64,000 nucleotides of DNA from the NCBI GenBank assembly GCA_027623195.1, contig JAQBUT010000004.1:81609-145608 (forward strand), given 5' to 3'. Both the position numbers and the translations under genes were made by a program. The stretch comes from Chloroflexota bacterium. GTDB taxonomy: Bacteria; Chloroflexota; Dehalococcoidia; Lucifugimonadales; JADFKI01. Shown here piece after piece: positions 1-10,043 of this stretch. The notes beneath the pieces were generated by a model. The model was not told the DNA's origin. It worked only from the letters and a program-made list of their open reading frames with translations, and made no database searches. How positions within the stretch are numbered: position 1 is the first letter of the stretch; every line of letters begins with the position of its first letter.

Positions 1-766
1 CTTCCTCTCGATCTCCATGCAGCGGATCATTGAGGAAGGCATTTTCAGAGGCTTCGTTCGGAGGAGAAGAATGGAGACGCGATTGGCAGGGGAACGCAAT
101 CACTTTATACTATGCGGCTTTGGCAGGGTTGGTAGAGAGGTCGCACTGGCTTTTCAACAAGAGGGCGCCCATTTCATAATCGTAGAAAAGGATCTCGAAG
201 CGATTTCCGACGCCGACAATATGGGATTTGCTTACGTTCTAGGCGACGCTTCTGACGACGAAGTGTTAAGGGCGGCGGGTATAGAAAGAGCGCGAGGCCT
301 TGTTGCAGCCACGGGCAACGACAGCGATAACGTTTTCATAACACTTTCCGCCAGAGGCATCCGACCAGAACTCTTCATAGTCGCAAGGACAACCTACCAG
401 GACAACGAGGGTAAGCTCATACGAGCAGGCGCGAACAGCGTCGTATCCCCTCATACCATTGGCGGACGCCGCATGGCGCTTTCTGCGGTCCGGCCTATGG
501 CCGTGGACTTCTTCGATTCGTTGCTGGACGGTCGAGGTAAACGTGACCTTAGGTTCACGGAAATAACCGTCGGCGACGGGTCGGTTCTTCTAGGCAGCAG
601 TATCTTGCAGTGCAAGGAGAGCCAGGGAATTGACGTGCTGGCTCTGGCACGCGGTGAAAATGAAATGATGGTCAATCCCATAGGTGATCTGCAAATAGAG
701 GAAAACGACAGGCTTTTCATCGTGGGACCGGATACCAGGCTTGCAGATTTGGAAGGTAAGGCCTAG
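1..766 (+). CDS. RCK/TrkA-domain protein, C-terminal part of a K+ channel or K+ uptake protein (5' end outside window)
   Basis: The reading frame is open to the window edge. It has a Rossmann motif (ILCGFGRVG) typical of TrkA-N, followed by a TrkA-C-like domain. Confidence 0.75.
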   Translation, partial: FLSISMQRIIEEGIFRGFVRRRRMETRLAGERNHFILCGFGRVGREVALAFQQEGAHFIIVEKDLEAISDADNMGFAYVLGDASDDEVLRAAGIERARGLVAATGNDSDNVFITLSARGIRPELFIVARTTYQDNEGKLIRAGANSVVSPHTIGGRRMALSAVRPMAVDFFDSLLDGRGKRDLRFTEITVGDGSVLLGSSILQCKESQGIDVLALARGENEMMVNPIGDLQIEENDRLFIVGPDTRLADLEGKA

Positions 767-769
767 CCG

Positions 770-1489
770 ATGCCCGACAAGTCGAGGTCACTACTATGCA
801 TATTCGCCCACCCCGACGATGAGTCGTTCGGGCCAGGCGGCACGCTGGCCAAGTACGCCGCATCCGGCACCAGGATTACCGTTATCTCAGCAACCCGAGG
901 TGAGGGTAGCACGTTAGGCCGGGAGACCCACCAGGCCAACCTGGGCGATGTCCGGGAGGCGGAAATGCGTTGCGCATCCGAAGCGTTGGGCCTGGCGGAA
1001 TCACGCGTTCTGCATTACCCATACACGGGCCTAAATGACGTGGACGATGGAGAGCTATGTAACCTCGTCACGAATGCCATCGCCGAATTAAAACCCGACG
1101 TTGTGATGGCTTTCGGGCCTGGAGGCATCACCGGCAACCCTGACCACGTAGCTATAACCAGGGCTGCCACTTCGGCAATCCAACGTATGCCTCAACAACT
1201 GCGTCCCAGCCTTTTCTACTGGGCAATCCCGGAGGCCATAGCCAGCCGCCTGCGAGAGCTATCCGACATACCATTCGTCGGCGTGCCGAAGCAGGACATC
1301 AACACAGTCATCGACACATCTGATTTTCTTGAAACCCAGTTGAATGCCATACGCTGCCACAAAAGCCAGAGTGATCCAATGCCGCCTGTTCTTACCGAAA
1401 GGCTCAAGATGCATGCGGGTGATGAGTATTTCGTAAGGGTGGGTCCTGGTGCTGATAGTGAGAATATATCAAATGACATATTCAGCTAA
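770..1489 (+). CDS. PIG-L/LmbE family N-acetylglucosaminyl deacetylase-like protein
   Basis: It carries the AHPDDE motif near the N-terminus and a downstream NPDHV motif. Length is 239 aa. Confidence 0.8.
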   Translation: MPDKSRSLLCIFAHPDDESFGPGGTLAKYAASGTRITVISATRGEGSTLGRETHQANLGDVREAEMRCASEALGLAESRVLHYPYTGLNDVDDGELCNLVTNAIAELKPDVVMAFGPGGITGNPDHVAITRAATSAIQRMPQQLRPSLFYWAIPEAIASRLRELSDIPFVGVPKQDINTVIDTSDFLETQLNAIRCHKSQSDPMPPVLTERLKMHAGDEYFVRVGPGADSENISNDIFS

Positions 1490-1510
1490 TGGGCCTAATC
1501 GTCGTACGCA

Positions 1511-1550
1511 AAAAGACGAGGCAGTCGAATCCGACTGCCTCGTCTCATTT
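1511..1550. terminator. bidirectional rho-independent terminator between convergent genes
   Basis: A perfect 13-bp stem (GACGAGGCAGTCG / CGACTGCCTCGTC) has a 4-nt loop and is flanked by an A-run and a T-rich tail. Confidence 0.7.
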
Positions 1551-1573
1551 AATTACTTTGTCGCAGCTTAAGC

Positions 1574-2260
1574 CTACTGACCTATTCTAGACCGTAGGAA
1601 CTGCACCAGTGCCCAGCGGTCCTCTTCGCTTAACAGCTTGCGGTACTCCGGCATAGGCGAGGTGGAATCTCGTCCGCGAAGACGTACTGCCAACCCCTGC
1701 CTGCCACCGCCTGATATGAAGCCGAACAACTCTCCGTCCGTAGAGTTTTTCGTTGCGTCTGACCTCAGGTCGGCAGGGTATGGCCCCCTGTCATAAGCGA
1801 GGTTGCCGTCCGATCCTACCAGGGTAGTTATTGGCCCTTTGCCATCAAGCAATCCACCATGGCACACCAGACAGTTCACCTGATACGTCCGCCATGCAGA
1901 TGCATCATCGTAGTTCCCTGAAAACTCTTGCGGAATCTCAAGCGCCTTGAAGGCATCCATACTAACCGGCAGTATTTCCGCGCCGGATATCGGCACCGAT
2001 CCTTCTGGGGGCAACAGCCTAGGCCCCTCTTGAACACGATAGGACGGTTGGAAGTGCATTTCCGTCCACATCTCAACGGAATGCGAGCCAGTCTCTGGGA
2101 ACGCCGGCATCGTGAAATTAATGGCTCCACCTACGTTTACCGCACCTGTGCCAGTGTTATAGCAGGCCGTGGCAAGCAAGGTCGCCAAAAGAAGCGCTCC
2201 CAACACTGCGGTTTTACGGTTCCGCAGGCCAATCATCTTCCAGCCAAGTGAGAAAGTCAT
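1574..2260 (-). CDS. actE: monoheme cytochrome c, ActE-like subunit of alternative complex III (possible lipoprotein)
   Basis: It has a single CxxCH (CLVCH). The N-terminal hydrophobic segment ends in LLATAC, which is lipobox-like. It is the last gene of the ACIII-like operon; an alternative start at 2236 is possible. Confidence 0.7.
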   Translation of the reverse strand: MTFSLGWKMIGLRNRKTAVLGALLLATLLATACYNTGTGAVNVGGAINFTMPAFPETGSHSVEMWTEMHFQPSYRVQEGPRLLPPEGSVPISGAEILPVSMDAFKALEIPQEFSGNYDDASAWRTYQVNCLVCHGGLLDGKGPITTLVGSDGNLAYDRGPYPADLRSDATKNSTDGELFGFISGGGRQGLAVRLRGRDSTSPMPEYRKLLSEEDRWALVQFLRSRIGQ

Positions 2261-2264
2261 CTAA

Positions 2265-2789
2265 CTACTTGCTCTCCCAGCCTCTTGTGATATCTCCAGC
2301 CCCCGACTGCTTTAAGACCTCTTCCGCCCGAGGAATCCTGTCCTCTTCCGTCGTCACGGTAACACCGATGTAACCTTCGGTGATGCGCTTGTCATAGGCG
2401 CCCATGAACAATCGGGGAAGCCTGGATTCCAGGAGTATACCAATGATCGTAAATATGATGGCGCCCAACATGGTGCCCTCATACATGATGATTGCCATGG
2501 GAGGGATGGATAGAATTGGCTTGCCGCCAGTGACCAGAGGGAATGCCAACTGCGAACCTGCCGTCAAGACGAGGCCGATGATGAATCCGCACGCGGCCCC
2601 GGTAAGCGGCCATCGGAACAACTTGTGTTTGGGTTCCGCCTCTCCAAAAGTCCCTTCTGGATAAGGCGTTCCCGTTAGTACCTCGTATTCGGTGGTCGTG
2701 TATCCGGCAGAGGCCAAGGCTTCCAAGGCGTCTCCGGCCTCATCCACCTGCTCCTCCGTAAACAGTCCCAATACACTTCTTTTCGCCAT
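2265..2789 (-). CDS. actD: DUF3341-type membrane protein, ActD-like subunit of alternative complex III
   Basis: The 174-aa product has a soluble N-terminal part and two central TM helices. It lies between the NrfD-like and cytochrome c genes. Confidence 0.65.
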   Translation of the reverse strand: MAKRSVLGLFTEEQVDEAGDALEALASAGYTTTEYEVLTGTPYPEGTFGEAEPKHKLFRWPLTGAACGFIIGLVLTAGSQLAFPLVTGGKPILSIPPMAIIMYEGTMLGAIIFTIIGILLESRLPRLFMGAYDKRITEGYIGVTVTTEEDRIPRAEEVLKQSGAGDITRGWESK

Positions 2790-2837
2790 AATTGAGCCCC
2801 GTCCTAATAATTGGTTCTTAATCGTTTAATCGAAGGT

Positions 2838-4217
2838 TTACGGCGTTTCCCGTATGCTTGCTGGCACGATACGACGGCCAATCTTAATTTCCTCACGGAC
2901 CTGCATTCCCTCTTTCATGTCGAAGATAGGAATAATAGGGAAGAACTTCGAGAAGAGAAGCATTCCCAATGCAACGAACGCAAAGGTCTCAGCAACGACC
3001 AGTATTTCAACAATACTGGGGTGATAACTACCCCAATCGAACTGCAAAGGCTGCCTTCGGGCTAGCCCTGGAATAATAATCAGGAAGCGTTCAAGCCACA
3101 TGCCGATGTTGACAAGTATCGTAGAGAGGAACATCAGCCCAGGGCTACGTCTAACGCTTTTGAAAAGCCACATCGGCACAGGAATGAAGAACGACGTAAG
3201 CAAGAACGCTAAGAAAAGCCACATATATGGCGCCTGGAAGACCTGCAATTCCCTTAGGGCCAATTCAGGCGACTCCAACGTGTACAGCGCGAATATCCAC
3301 TCCACGAAGAAGAAGAAGAACCAGGTAGTGGCGACAACGATAAGAAGCCTACCGATAGCGTCGAAATGGTCTGGGCGGAGATAGTTGTCCAGCTTCCACA
3401 TCCACATGGCCAGAGCCATAATCATGGCAACCGCAGACACTCCAGAGTGAATGGCTCCAATGATGAAGTATGGCGCAAAGATCGTCGAGTGCCAGCCTTC
3501 TACTCCAATGGCCACGGCGAAGTCCCAAGAGACTATGCTGTGAACAGAAACGAACACCGGCAGGACCAACGCTGAAAGCAAAATACCGGCGATTGCCTGT
3601 AGCTTCCATTGCCTTGGCGTACCGCGCCAACCCAGGCAAAGCATGCCGTATATCTTCGGCGCAAACTTGCCCGTTGCCCTGTCCCGGACGACTGCGATGT
3701 CCGGTATAAGGGCGACATAAACGAATAGAGTACTACCGATCAGGTAGGTCATCACGGCGCTGGGGTCCCAGACAAAGGGAGAGCGAATGTTCATGAAAAG
3801 GCCGCGAGAGAAGTCGTAAGGGTAAACCCAGAACAGCCTCCACGGCCTGCCAACGTGGAACATGATGTTGGACAGCGCTGCCATCAGCGAGAATATCGTC
3901 ATAACTTCAGCTACGCGCGTAACTGGCCTACGCCACTCAGCCTGAGTGAGGCGCAGAATAGCGGAAATCATAATACCGGCGTGGCTAATACCAATCCAGA
4001 AGACGAAATTGGTGATGTAGAATCCCCACAAAACCGGCCTGTTAAGGCCAGTAACGCCGAGACCCTTATTTATCTCATAGCCATAAGCGCCAATTCCTGT
4101 GGCAATAACAAGCAACAGGAATCCGACTGCCCCGAGCCACCACTTGGGCATACCTAATACGCCGGCCAGGAGATCGTCGTTTATCTTTTTCTGACTAAGT
4201 TGGACGTGTTCCTGCAT
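2838..4217 (-). CDS. NrfD/PsrC-family polytopic membrane quinol-interacting subunit (ActC-like)
   Basis: A 459-aa multi-TM protein with the ISHAG..ISAILRL..WRRP signature of NrfD-like ACIII subunits. Confidence 0.75.
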   Translation of the reverse strand: MQEHVQLSQKKINDDLLAGVLGMPKWWLGAVGFLLLVIATGIGAYGYEINKGLGVTGLNRPVLWGFYITNFVFWIGISHAGIMISAILRLTQAEWRRPVTRVAEVMTIFSLMAALSNIMFHVGRPWRLFWVYPYDFSRGLFMNIRSPFVWDPSAVMTYLIGSTLFVYVALIPDIAVVRDRATGKFAPKIYGMLCLGWRGTPRQWKLQAIAGILLSALVLPVFVSVHSIVSWDFAVAIGVEGWHSTIFAPYFIIGAIHSGVSAVAMIMALAMWMWKLDNYLRPDHFDAIGRLLIVVATTWFFFFFVEWIFALYTLESPELALRELQVFQAPYMWLFLAFLLTSFFIPVPMWLFKSVRRSPGLMFLSTILVNIGMWLERFLIIIPGLARRQPLQFDWGSYHPSIVEILVVAETFAFVALGMLLFSKFFPIIPIFDMKEGMQVREEIKIGRRIVPASIRETP

Positions 4218-4250
4218 TTAGCAGCTACTCCACCCTCGGCATGTTTTGAA

Positions 4251-5708
4251 TTATCTAGGTTTGCCCAGCACGAGGACTTCAGTTCGATGATATGCCTTGT
4301 GCAATTTGTAAAGCATTAACTCTTTTTGTTCCCATATGCTTACGGGTGGAATCAACCTGGCGGCGAGCAAATAGAACAGCACTGCGCCCCCAATTACTCC
4401 GAGCACGATCAATACATCCGGGACACCGGGCATATTAGCCGCGGGTATCGAATCAAAAGGTATCTCGTGCTTGTCCACCCTGTAATCACCAACGCCCGGG
4501 TAAGACCAGGCCGCCACGTATAGACGAAGCCTGTCGAAGAAGGTCCCGGCGAGAACGGCGACCGACATAATAGTAGGACCCCAGAAGCTCTTTCGAACGC
4601 GGTTCCACATCATCACCAGAAGCGGTGTCACAAAGCTTAGTATGAAACCCGCCATGAACGCAGGCTGATAAGACCCAACCATGAGATATTTAAGAACGGC
4701 CTGCTCACTAGGCTTCTTTCCGTACCAGAAGACATTAAAGCTAGAGAACCAGAACCAGAACCACAACAAGGACAAAGCAAAGAGCAGCTTGCTCATCGCC
4801 CAGAACTGGTCCAATGTAAAGTAGTCCTCGTACCCTCCGAATTTTCGAAGGAAGAACATGGTCAAAATTACAGTTGCGACGCCTGCCTGCAATGAGTTAG
4901 CAGCGTGAGTCAGCGGATAAAGCGAGTCTATCCAGCCTGGCACCAGCGTCATCAGAAAGTCCGTGCTCACCAAGTAGTGCACAAACACCAGCATCATGAA
5001 ATATAACGCGCCAACAATGCCCATGCGATGGTGAAGCATATTCCATTGTTCCGTGGTCCCAATCCATCGTCCGGAAAGACGAGCGGACCATTTCTGCTTC
5101 CACCCGGTACTATGCTCACGCATCAGGGCAAGATCCGGCATTGCTGATAGCCAAAGCAGCATAATGCCAAGCGCTGCTAACGACAGTAGAGCTGCCGTAG
5201 TCCATATATGCGGGGAATACACCGGCACCTTGCTAAAGAACGGGTCGTCGGAGTTATAAAACCAAAGGCTACGGCGTCCGTCGGTTAGCGGCGGCAATAT
5301 CCACAGCATGGGAATAAACAGCAAAAGACTGAAAATACCAGCAGCCGACCAGAGTTCAGCTACACGGGAGACTGGCCTACGCCAATGTGCGTTTGCCAAC
5401 CTGGGCGCAATCGCGACCATCGGCGCGGCTGACGCGGTTGTGAGAATGAAGCTAAACATCATGGCGTAGTAGGCCCACACCATCCTGTCACTCACGCCGT
5501 CATTTACCCTCATCACAAAGCCGATGACGCCAAGCACTAGCAGAAACCCAGCAGCAGCTACACCGCTCAACCACTTGTCGCTGATCTTGTCATGTTTGGT
5601 TACGAGGTCGTTCACCACCTCCCTTTGGGAAGTGAACGGCACATACATACCTTCTGCATGATGCTCTTCGTTATGACCGCTGGCGTTGTGACTAGCCATG
5701 AACCTCAT
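4251..5708 (-). CDS. second, more divergent NrfD-family membrane subunit (ActF-like)
   Basis: A 485-aa multi-TM protein that retains the HWRRPVSRVAE segment homologous to the neighbouring NrfD-like gene. It overlaps the upstream Fe-S gene by 17 nt. Confidence 0.65.
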   Translation of the reverse strand: MRFMASHNASGHNEEHHAEGMYVPFTSQREVVNDLVTKHDKISDKWLSGVAAAGFLLVLGVIGFVMRVNDGVSDRMVWAYYAMMFSFILTTASAAPMVAIAPRLANAHWRRPVSRVAELWSAAGIFSLLLFIPMLWILPPLTDGRRSLWFYNSDDPFFSKVPVYSPHIWTTAALLSLAALGIMLLWLSAMPDLALMREHSTGWKQKWSARLSGRWIGTTEQWNMLHHRMGIVGALYFMMLVFVHYLVSTDFLMTLVPGWIDSLYPLTHAANSLQAGVATVILTMFFLRKFGGYEDYFTLDQFWAMSKLLFALSLLWFWFWFSSFNVFWYGKKPSEQAVLKYLMVGSYQPAFMAGFILSFVTPLLVMMWNRVRKSFWGPTIMSVAVLAGTFFDRLRLYVAAWSYPGVGDYRVDKHEIPFDSIPAANMPGVPDVLIVLGVIGGAVLFYLLAARLIPPVSIWEQKELMLYKLHKAYHRTEVLVLGKPR

Positions 5709-6450
5709 GTTCCTCGGCCGTCTTGTCGACCTTCTTTAGGTATACAACATTAGGATGTGTGCCCAAATGCTCAAGCATATGGTAGCCTCTGCCGCCAGGA
5801 CGCGATCCGGCAGGCTGCTTGAGCTCCTCTTTGGACTGTTTTGAAATCGCGCTATCTGAGTCATCAAGGTTACCGAACGTTAGCGCATGGGTCGGGCAAG
5901 CGTTCACGCAAGCCGGACTCATACCCCTATCGCCGTCTTCGACCTCTTGGCCATCCTTGGCGGCCTCTCGAGTCGAGCGACGAATTCGCTGAATACAGAA
6001 GGTGCACTTTTCCATGATGCCCCTGCTTCGCACGGTGACATCCGGGTTTAGCTGATTTTTAAGGCTCTCAGGCCACTCAGGCTCCCAGAAATTGAAGAAC
6101 CTTGCCTGATATGGGCAGTTGTTGGCGCAGAACCTGGTGCCAATGCAGCGGTTGTAGACCTGAACATTCAGGCCTTCGCTGTTGTGATACGTCGCGTATA
6201 CAGGGCATACGGGCTCACATGGAGCGTCATCGCACTGTTGACAGAACACAGGAACAAAGCGAGCCCTAACATTGGGGAACTCCCCTTCCCAGTAGCGTTC
6301 TATTCGAATCCATTCGATAGCACGTCGCTGGTTGAAGTGGCCTTCCTCGTTAATGGGGATATTGTTTTCGGACTGGCATGCAACAACGCACGCCTGACAG
6401 CCGATACACTTGTCGATATCGACGATCATTCCCCATTTATTCTCTGCCAT
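5692..6450 (-). CDS. 4Fe-4S ferredoxin-type iron-sulfur subunit (ActB2-like, separate polypeptide)
   Basis: Several Cys clusters are present: CIGCQACVVAC, CQQCDDAPCEPVCP, CIGTRFCANNCP and CTFC. Confidence 0.8.
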   Translation of the reverse strand: MAENKWGMIVDIDKCIGCQACVVACQSENNIPINEEGHFNQRRAIEWIRIERYWEGEFPNVRARFVPVFCQQCDDAPCEPVCPVYATYHNSEGLNVQVYNRCIGTRFCANNCPYQARFFNFWEPEWPESLKNQLNPDVTVRSRGIMEKCTFCIQRIRRSTREAAKDGQEVEDGDRGMSPACVNACPTHALTFGNLDDSDSAISKQSKEELKQPAGSRPGGRGYHMLEHLGTHPNVVYLKKVDKTAEEHEVHG

Positions 6451-6512
6451 ACCCAGTTCCTCCGGTAACCCTTCTTCACGCCCGGGCCCCTACGGTCTAC
6501 TTGTCACCCGCT

Positions 6513-8762
6513 TTAGCTGTCCAGCGGAGTTATCTCGATAATAAGTCGCTCATCGTCCCGTGGTGGCTCTGTAACGGTGTTCTCGAGCTTGGGAACCCGT
6601 TTCCACTCACCGGTTTTAACGATGTCCACCTTTGTCGCAGCCCAAGCGAGCGCGCCAGTTGTTGAATCCGAACTAGCGTCCAATATGGAGTAAACGTTCG
6701 AGCCACGATCCTTCGCGTACCTGCCGCCTGCGATATGACCTTGCCCAACCGGCACAGCCACAACGTTCGGCGAAACTCCGGGATGCGGGTAAGCCAGCGC
6801 TTCGATACTCCCGGCGTCCGACGTTATTCTGACGACGTCGCCCTCGCTAATGCCGAGTTCCTCGGCAGTGTGCATGTTAATCTCAACCCACGTTTGCCAG
6901 GTGGCAGACGTAATAGGGTCAGGCGTAGCCTGCATCCAAGGCAGCGCCGCGCCTCTGCCATCGCCAATCCCCGTTGTGGCAAAAGGCATCAGGTAAAAAT
7001 CTCTGTTACTGAAACTGGCCTGCGGGACTTCCACTAGGGGTGAAGCAGCAAACACATGAGTTTCCTTTTTCGAATCGTCCCACCAACCGCCCCGCTGTAG
7101 CAACCCGTTCCAGAAACCCTCGAACGTAACGGCCTTGACGGAGCCTCTGTTCTCCTCGAACAACTGACGAGCACCGTCTTTCAGTACGTCCTGGAATGTA
7201 TCACCAGGCAATTCCAGGTCCATTTCCAGACCCAGGGCAACTGCCATCAGTGTATCCCCAAAATTCCTGGTTCCCAGGTGCTCGCCTCTGTGCTCAAAGA
7301 AAGGCCTGACGACCGGCTGCTGAAACCCTACAGTCTGGTAGCCGGGACCAGCATCCGGAATGTCGCTGCCCCAATCTTCCAGAGAGTTGTGTTGAGGAAG
7401 CACGAGGTCAGACATCGCCGTTGTGTCGTCTATGAATCCCGAGAAGCTGACAATCAGCGGCACATTGAATGAAGCACCTTTAAAACCGGTTGCTTGCGGC
7501 AGGCCGTGGAACAGGTCCGCATCACGGACCATGAGTACCTGCACCCCACCGTTGCGCATCTCTTCTGCAAGCCGGTGCCAGTCAGCGAAGGAGTCCACGC
7601 CGGCAGTTACCGGCACGTCCTTAAACGGAGACGTCGGATTTAATATCACCCCGCCCGGCTTATTCACGCTGCCCACAAGTTGGTTCAGCGAGTAAATGGC
7701 AACCAGGTTGGCGAAACCGTTGGTGTGCGCGCCGGCGGAACCTCCGCCAATGGCCACCGACGGACCGTGGCTGGCGAACTGAACCGCCACCTCGTGAATC
7801 CTCTCAGCGGATACGCCAGTCGCACCAGCGACATTGTCTGGAGCAAATGCTCCCAGATTAAATCTTCCGTTGTTGGTTAGCGCCTGCGCGGCGGCAGCGT
7901 CACCCAGACCCTCGTCAATGATGACCTGAGCGATACTTAAAGCCAGCAGACCCTCAGTACCAGGATTAACAAAAACCCACTTGTCGGCGTTGGCCGCCGT
8001 CATAGAAAAGCGCGAATCGACGTGAATGAAATCGCCACGCTCGCGGTCGCCCTGCCGAAACTCGCCGTATCCCCTGGCGTGCCGAACCGGCGAACCCCAG
8101 GTGTTTAGGAAATCGGCCCCGAAGGACAGGACTACATTGGAATTTTCAATATCGAAGTCAGGCATCGTATCCTGACCAAACACATGCTTGATGGCGCGAC
8201 GTACGGTGGTGCGTTCCATAGGCTCGTAACCCATGTGTCGTCCGCCGTATTTGGATACGAACCGCTCAACGACTCCACCAAGGTGGCCACCCACCGGGTC
8301 TGTTGCCATAACAACCGACGACTGATTACCGTCGTTTTGAATATTCTGGAGTTGCTCGGTCAGACGCCCCAGGGCATCCTCCCAGCTAATCTCTCGGAAC
8401 TGCCCAGACCCGCGCTCGCCAACCCGAACCATGGGCCCGCGAATCCTGTCCGGGTGGTAGAGAGCTTGAAGGCCAGCCTCGCATCGGGCGCTATGGCTAC
8501 CCTGATTAATCGGGTAGTCGATGTTGCCTTCGACCTTCTTGGCGCGGCCTTCCATAACTCTAACAACGATACCCTCGCTGGTTGAGCACTGGCGGCACAA
8601 AGTGGCGTACCAGTTGTCCAGGCCGGTGACCAGGTCCTCAGGCATCTCGACAGGCGCTTGCACGAGCAATTCGTCAGCCGGCACGCCGCATGCCTGAAAC
8701 ACTACCGCACCTGCGGCAGAGCCACCAACATAGGTCATAAACTGTCTTCGAGTTATCGCCAT
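6513..8762 (-). CDS. molybdopterin-oxidoreductase-like subunit with Tat signal (ActB1-like)
   Basis: It has an N-terminal twin-arginine signal (TRRQFMTYVGGSAAG) and MopB-like length (749 aa). The N-terminal cluster motif is degenerate, reading C-x2-C-x3-E where C-x2-C-x3-C is expected. Confidence 0.75.
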   Translation of the reverse strand: MAITRRQFMTYVGGSAAGAVVFQACGVPADELLVQAPVEMPEDLVTGLDNWYATLCRQCSTSEGIVVRVMEGRAKKVEGNIDYPINQGSHSARCEAGLQALYHPDRIRGPMVRVGERGSGQFREISWEDALGRLTEQLQNIQNDGNQSSVVMATDPVGGHLGGVVERFVSKYGGRHMGYEPMERTTVRRAIKHVFGQDTMPDFDIENSNVVLSFGADFLNTWGSPVRHARGYGEFRQGDRERGDFIHVDSRFSMTAANADKWVFVNPGTEGLLALSIAQVIIDEGLGDAAAAQALTNNGRFNLGAFAPDNVAGATGVSAERIHEVAVQFASHGPSVAIGGGSAGAHTNGFANLVAIYSLNQLVGSVNKPGGVILNPTSPFKDVPVTAGVDSFADWHRLAEEMRNGGVQVLMVRDADLFHGLPQATGFKGASFNVPLIVSFSGFIDDTTAMSDLVLPQHNSLEDWGSDIPDAGPGYQTVGFQQPVVRPFFEHRGEHLGTRNFGDTLMAVALGLEMDLELPGDTFQDVLKDGARQLFEENRGSVKAVTFEGFWNGLLQRGGWWDDSKKETHVFAASPLVEVPQASFSNRDFYLMPFATTGIGDGRGAALPWMQATPDPITSATWQTWVEINMHTAEELGISEGDVVRITSDAGSIEALAYPHPGVSPNVVAVPVGQGHIAGGRYAKDRGSNVYSILDASSDSTTGALAWAATKVDIVKTGEWKRVPKLENTVTEPPRDDERLIIEITPLDS

Positions 8763-8796
8763 TCTCTAAATAAAGCCTCTAGAAATGACCCTAATC

Positions 8797-9504
8797 CTAA
8801 TAATGACAGGTAGTACAGTCAGTCGGGGCACCGTTATCTCGGTGACAGTCCACGCAATCGCCCATCTTCAGGGGACGTACCTGTTCGACCGTAGCCATAC
8901 TGCCCACATCGCCATGACAGACGGAGCAAACCTGCGCCTCGGCAATCTCCATGGTCTGACCCACTGATACGCTGGGGTCAATTCTCAGCGCCTCGCCCAA
9001 CCTGATTTCCCCAGCCTGCTCGTTGGGATCGGTCCATTCCTCAACAACGGTTTTCACGCCTGAGAATCTTCTGATATGAGCTTCGTGAACGAAATGTACA
9101 TGGTCTGGGACTCGATGCACACGCACCCAATCGATGGGTCGATCATCCGCGACCTGCTCCCGCATATTTTCAATCTGCTCCAGACCATCGCCTACAACCT
9201 GATGACAGGTCAGACATAGTCCAGCAGAGGGTATGGTGGCGGCGGCGCCCTCCGTTACATTCCTGTGACAGAAGGTGCAGTCCAACCCCAAATCCTGAAC
9301 GTGAGTTGGATGTGGGAATGCAATTGGTTGCGTGGGGCCCTGGTCGTGAGCAAATATGACTGGCATTCCTAGCCATGCAGACACAATCCAGGTGAGCCCT
9401 AATGCAATAGCAACGAAGCTACCCAGGCCCACGACACCAAGAGTGCCGAATATAGCCAGTTGTTTACTTGTAGGCTTCTTGACTTGAAAGTCGCCAGGTA
9501 TCAA
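8797..9504 (-). CDS. actA: membrane-anchored pentaheme cytochrome c (ActA-like)
   Basis: There are five CxxCH motifs (CTFCH, CLTCH, CSVCH, CVDCH, CTTCH) and an N-terminal TM helix. Confidence 0.8.
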   Translation of the reverse strand: MIPGDFQVKKPTSKQLAIFGTLGVVGLGSFVAIALGLTWIVSAWLGMPVIFAHDQGPTQPIAFPHPTHVQDLGLDCTFCHRNVTEGAAATIPSAGLCLTCHQVVGDGLEQIENMREQVADDRPIDWVRVHRVPDHVHFVHEAHIRRFSGVKTVVEEWTDPNEQAGEIRLGEALRIDPSVSVGQTMEIAEAQVCSVCHGDVGSMATVEQVRPLKMGDCVDCHRDNGAPTDCTTCHY

Positions 9505-9516
9505 AGTCGGTGTTCC

Positions 9517-9807
9517 CTAAATATAGTAATCGGCCCAAAAGTTACGGAGAATTCCCGCGAGATCAATCACCCGGTAGAGAAAGAACATTGCCAGCCCGAA
9601 GCAAATGATCGCGAAGGAATAGAAGGCAATCCTGGCCTTTTGCCAGTAGTTGGGAAGGTGTCCGGACATAACGAATGAAGGTAGAAAGTTATGCCCTACA
9701 ATCATGTTCGCAGCCATCAAGACTACGAAAAGAACCACCATCCAAAGCGAAACCAGTAGTTTGCCTAGTTCGCTCCACTCAAAGGGGCCAAGCGCAGCAG
9801 GGTCCAT
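9517..9807 (-). CDS. small hydrophobic membrane protein, first gene of the ACIII-like operon
   Basis: The 96-aa product has 2-3 predicted TM segments. It ends 12 nt upstream of actA on the same strand, with a GAGG-type RBS. I recognised no family. Confidence 0.5.
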   Translation of the reverse strand: MDPAALGPFEWSELGKLLVSLWMVVLFVVLMAANMIVGHNFLPSFVMSGHLPNYWQKARIAFYSFAIICFGLAMFFLYRVIDLAGILRNFWADYYI

Positions 9808-9875
9808 TTATTGCCTTGCCTCAGAATTTACGTTTGCTGTTGTGTTCAACAATTGGCTTTATCAGCCTGGTGAAA

Positions 9876-9903
9876 ATTATCACAGTGGTTAAGCCGGTGT
9901 CAA
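9876..9903 (-). promoter_or_regulatory. sigma70-type promoter for the ACIII-like operon
   Basis: On the minus strand, TTGACA (9903-9898), a 16-nt spacer and GATAAT (9881-9876) lie about 60 nt upstream of the 9807 start. Confidence 0.5.
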
Positions 9904-10043
9904 GGGTTTACTAGGCAAATACGCGGCCGCCGGTCCCTAACATTAACTATTCCAAAGCGCCAATAAAAGGATTCCTTTTTGACACAATGTCCACGATTTT
10001 TGCGGCGAGTTTTCCACGGTAGACGCGGACGAAACATGGCAGA

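Noticed and set aside
3301-3320. A short GAA/AAG trinucleotide run (gaagaagaagaagaacc).
   Set aside because: It is antisense to the coding sequence of the NrfD-like gene, where it encodes a Phe-rich TM segment. It is too short to be a meaningful microsatellite.
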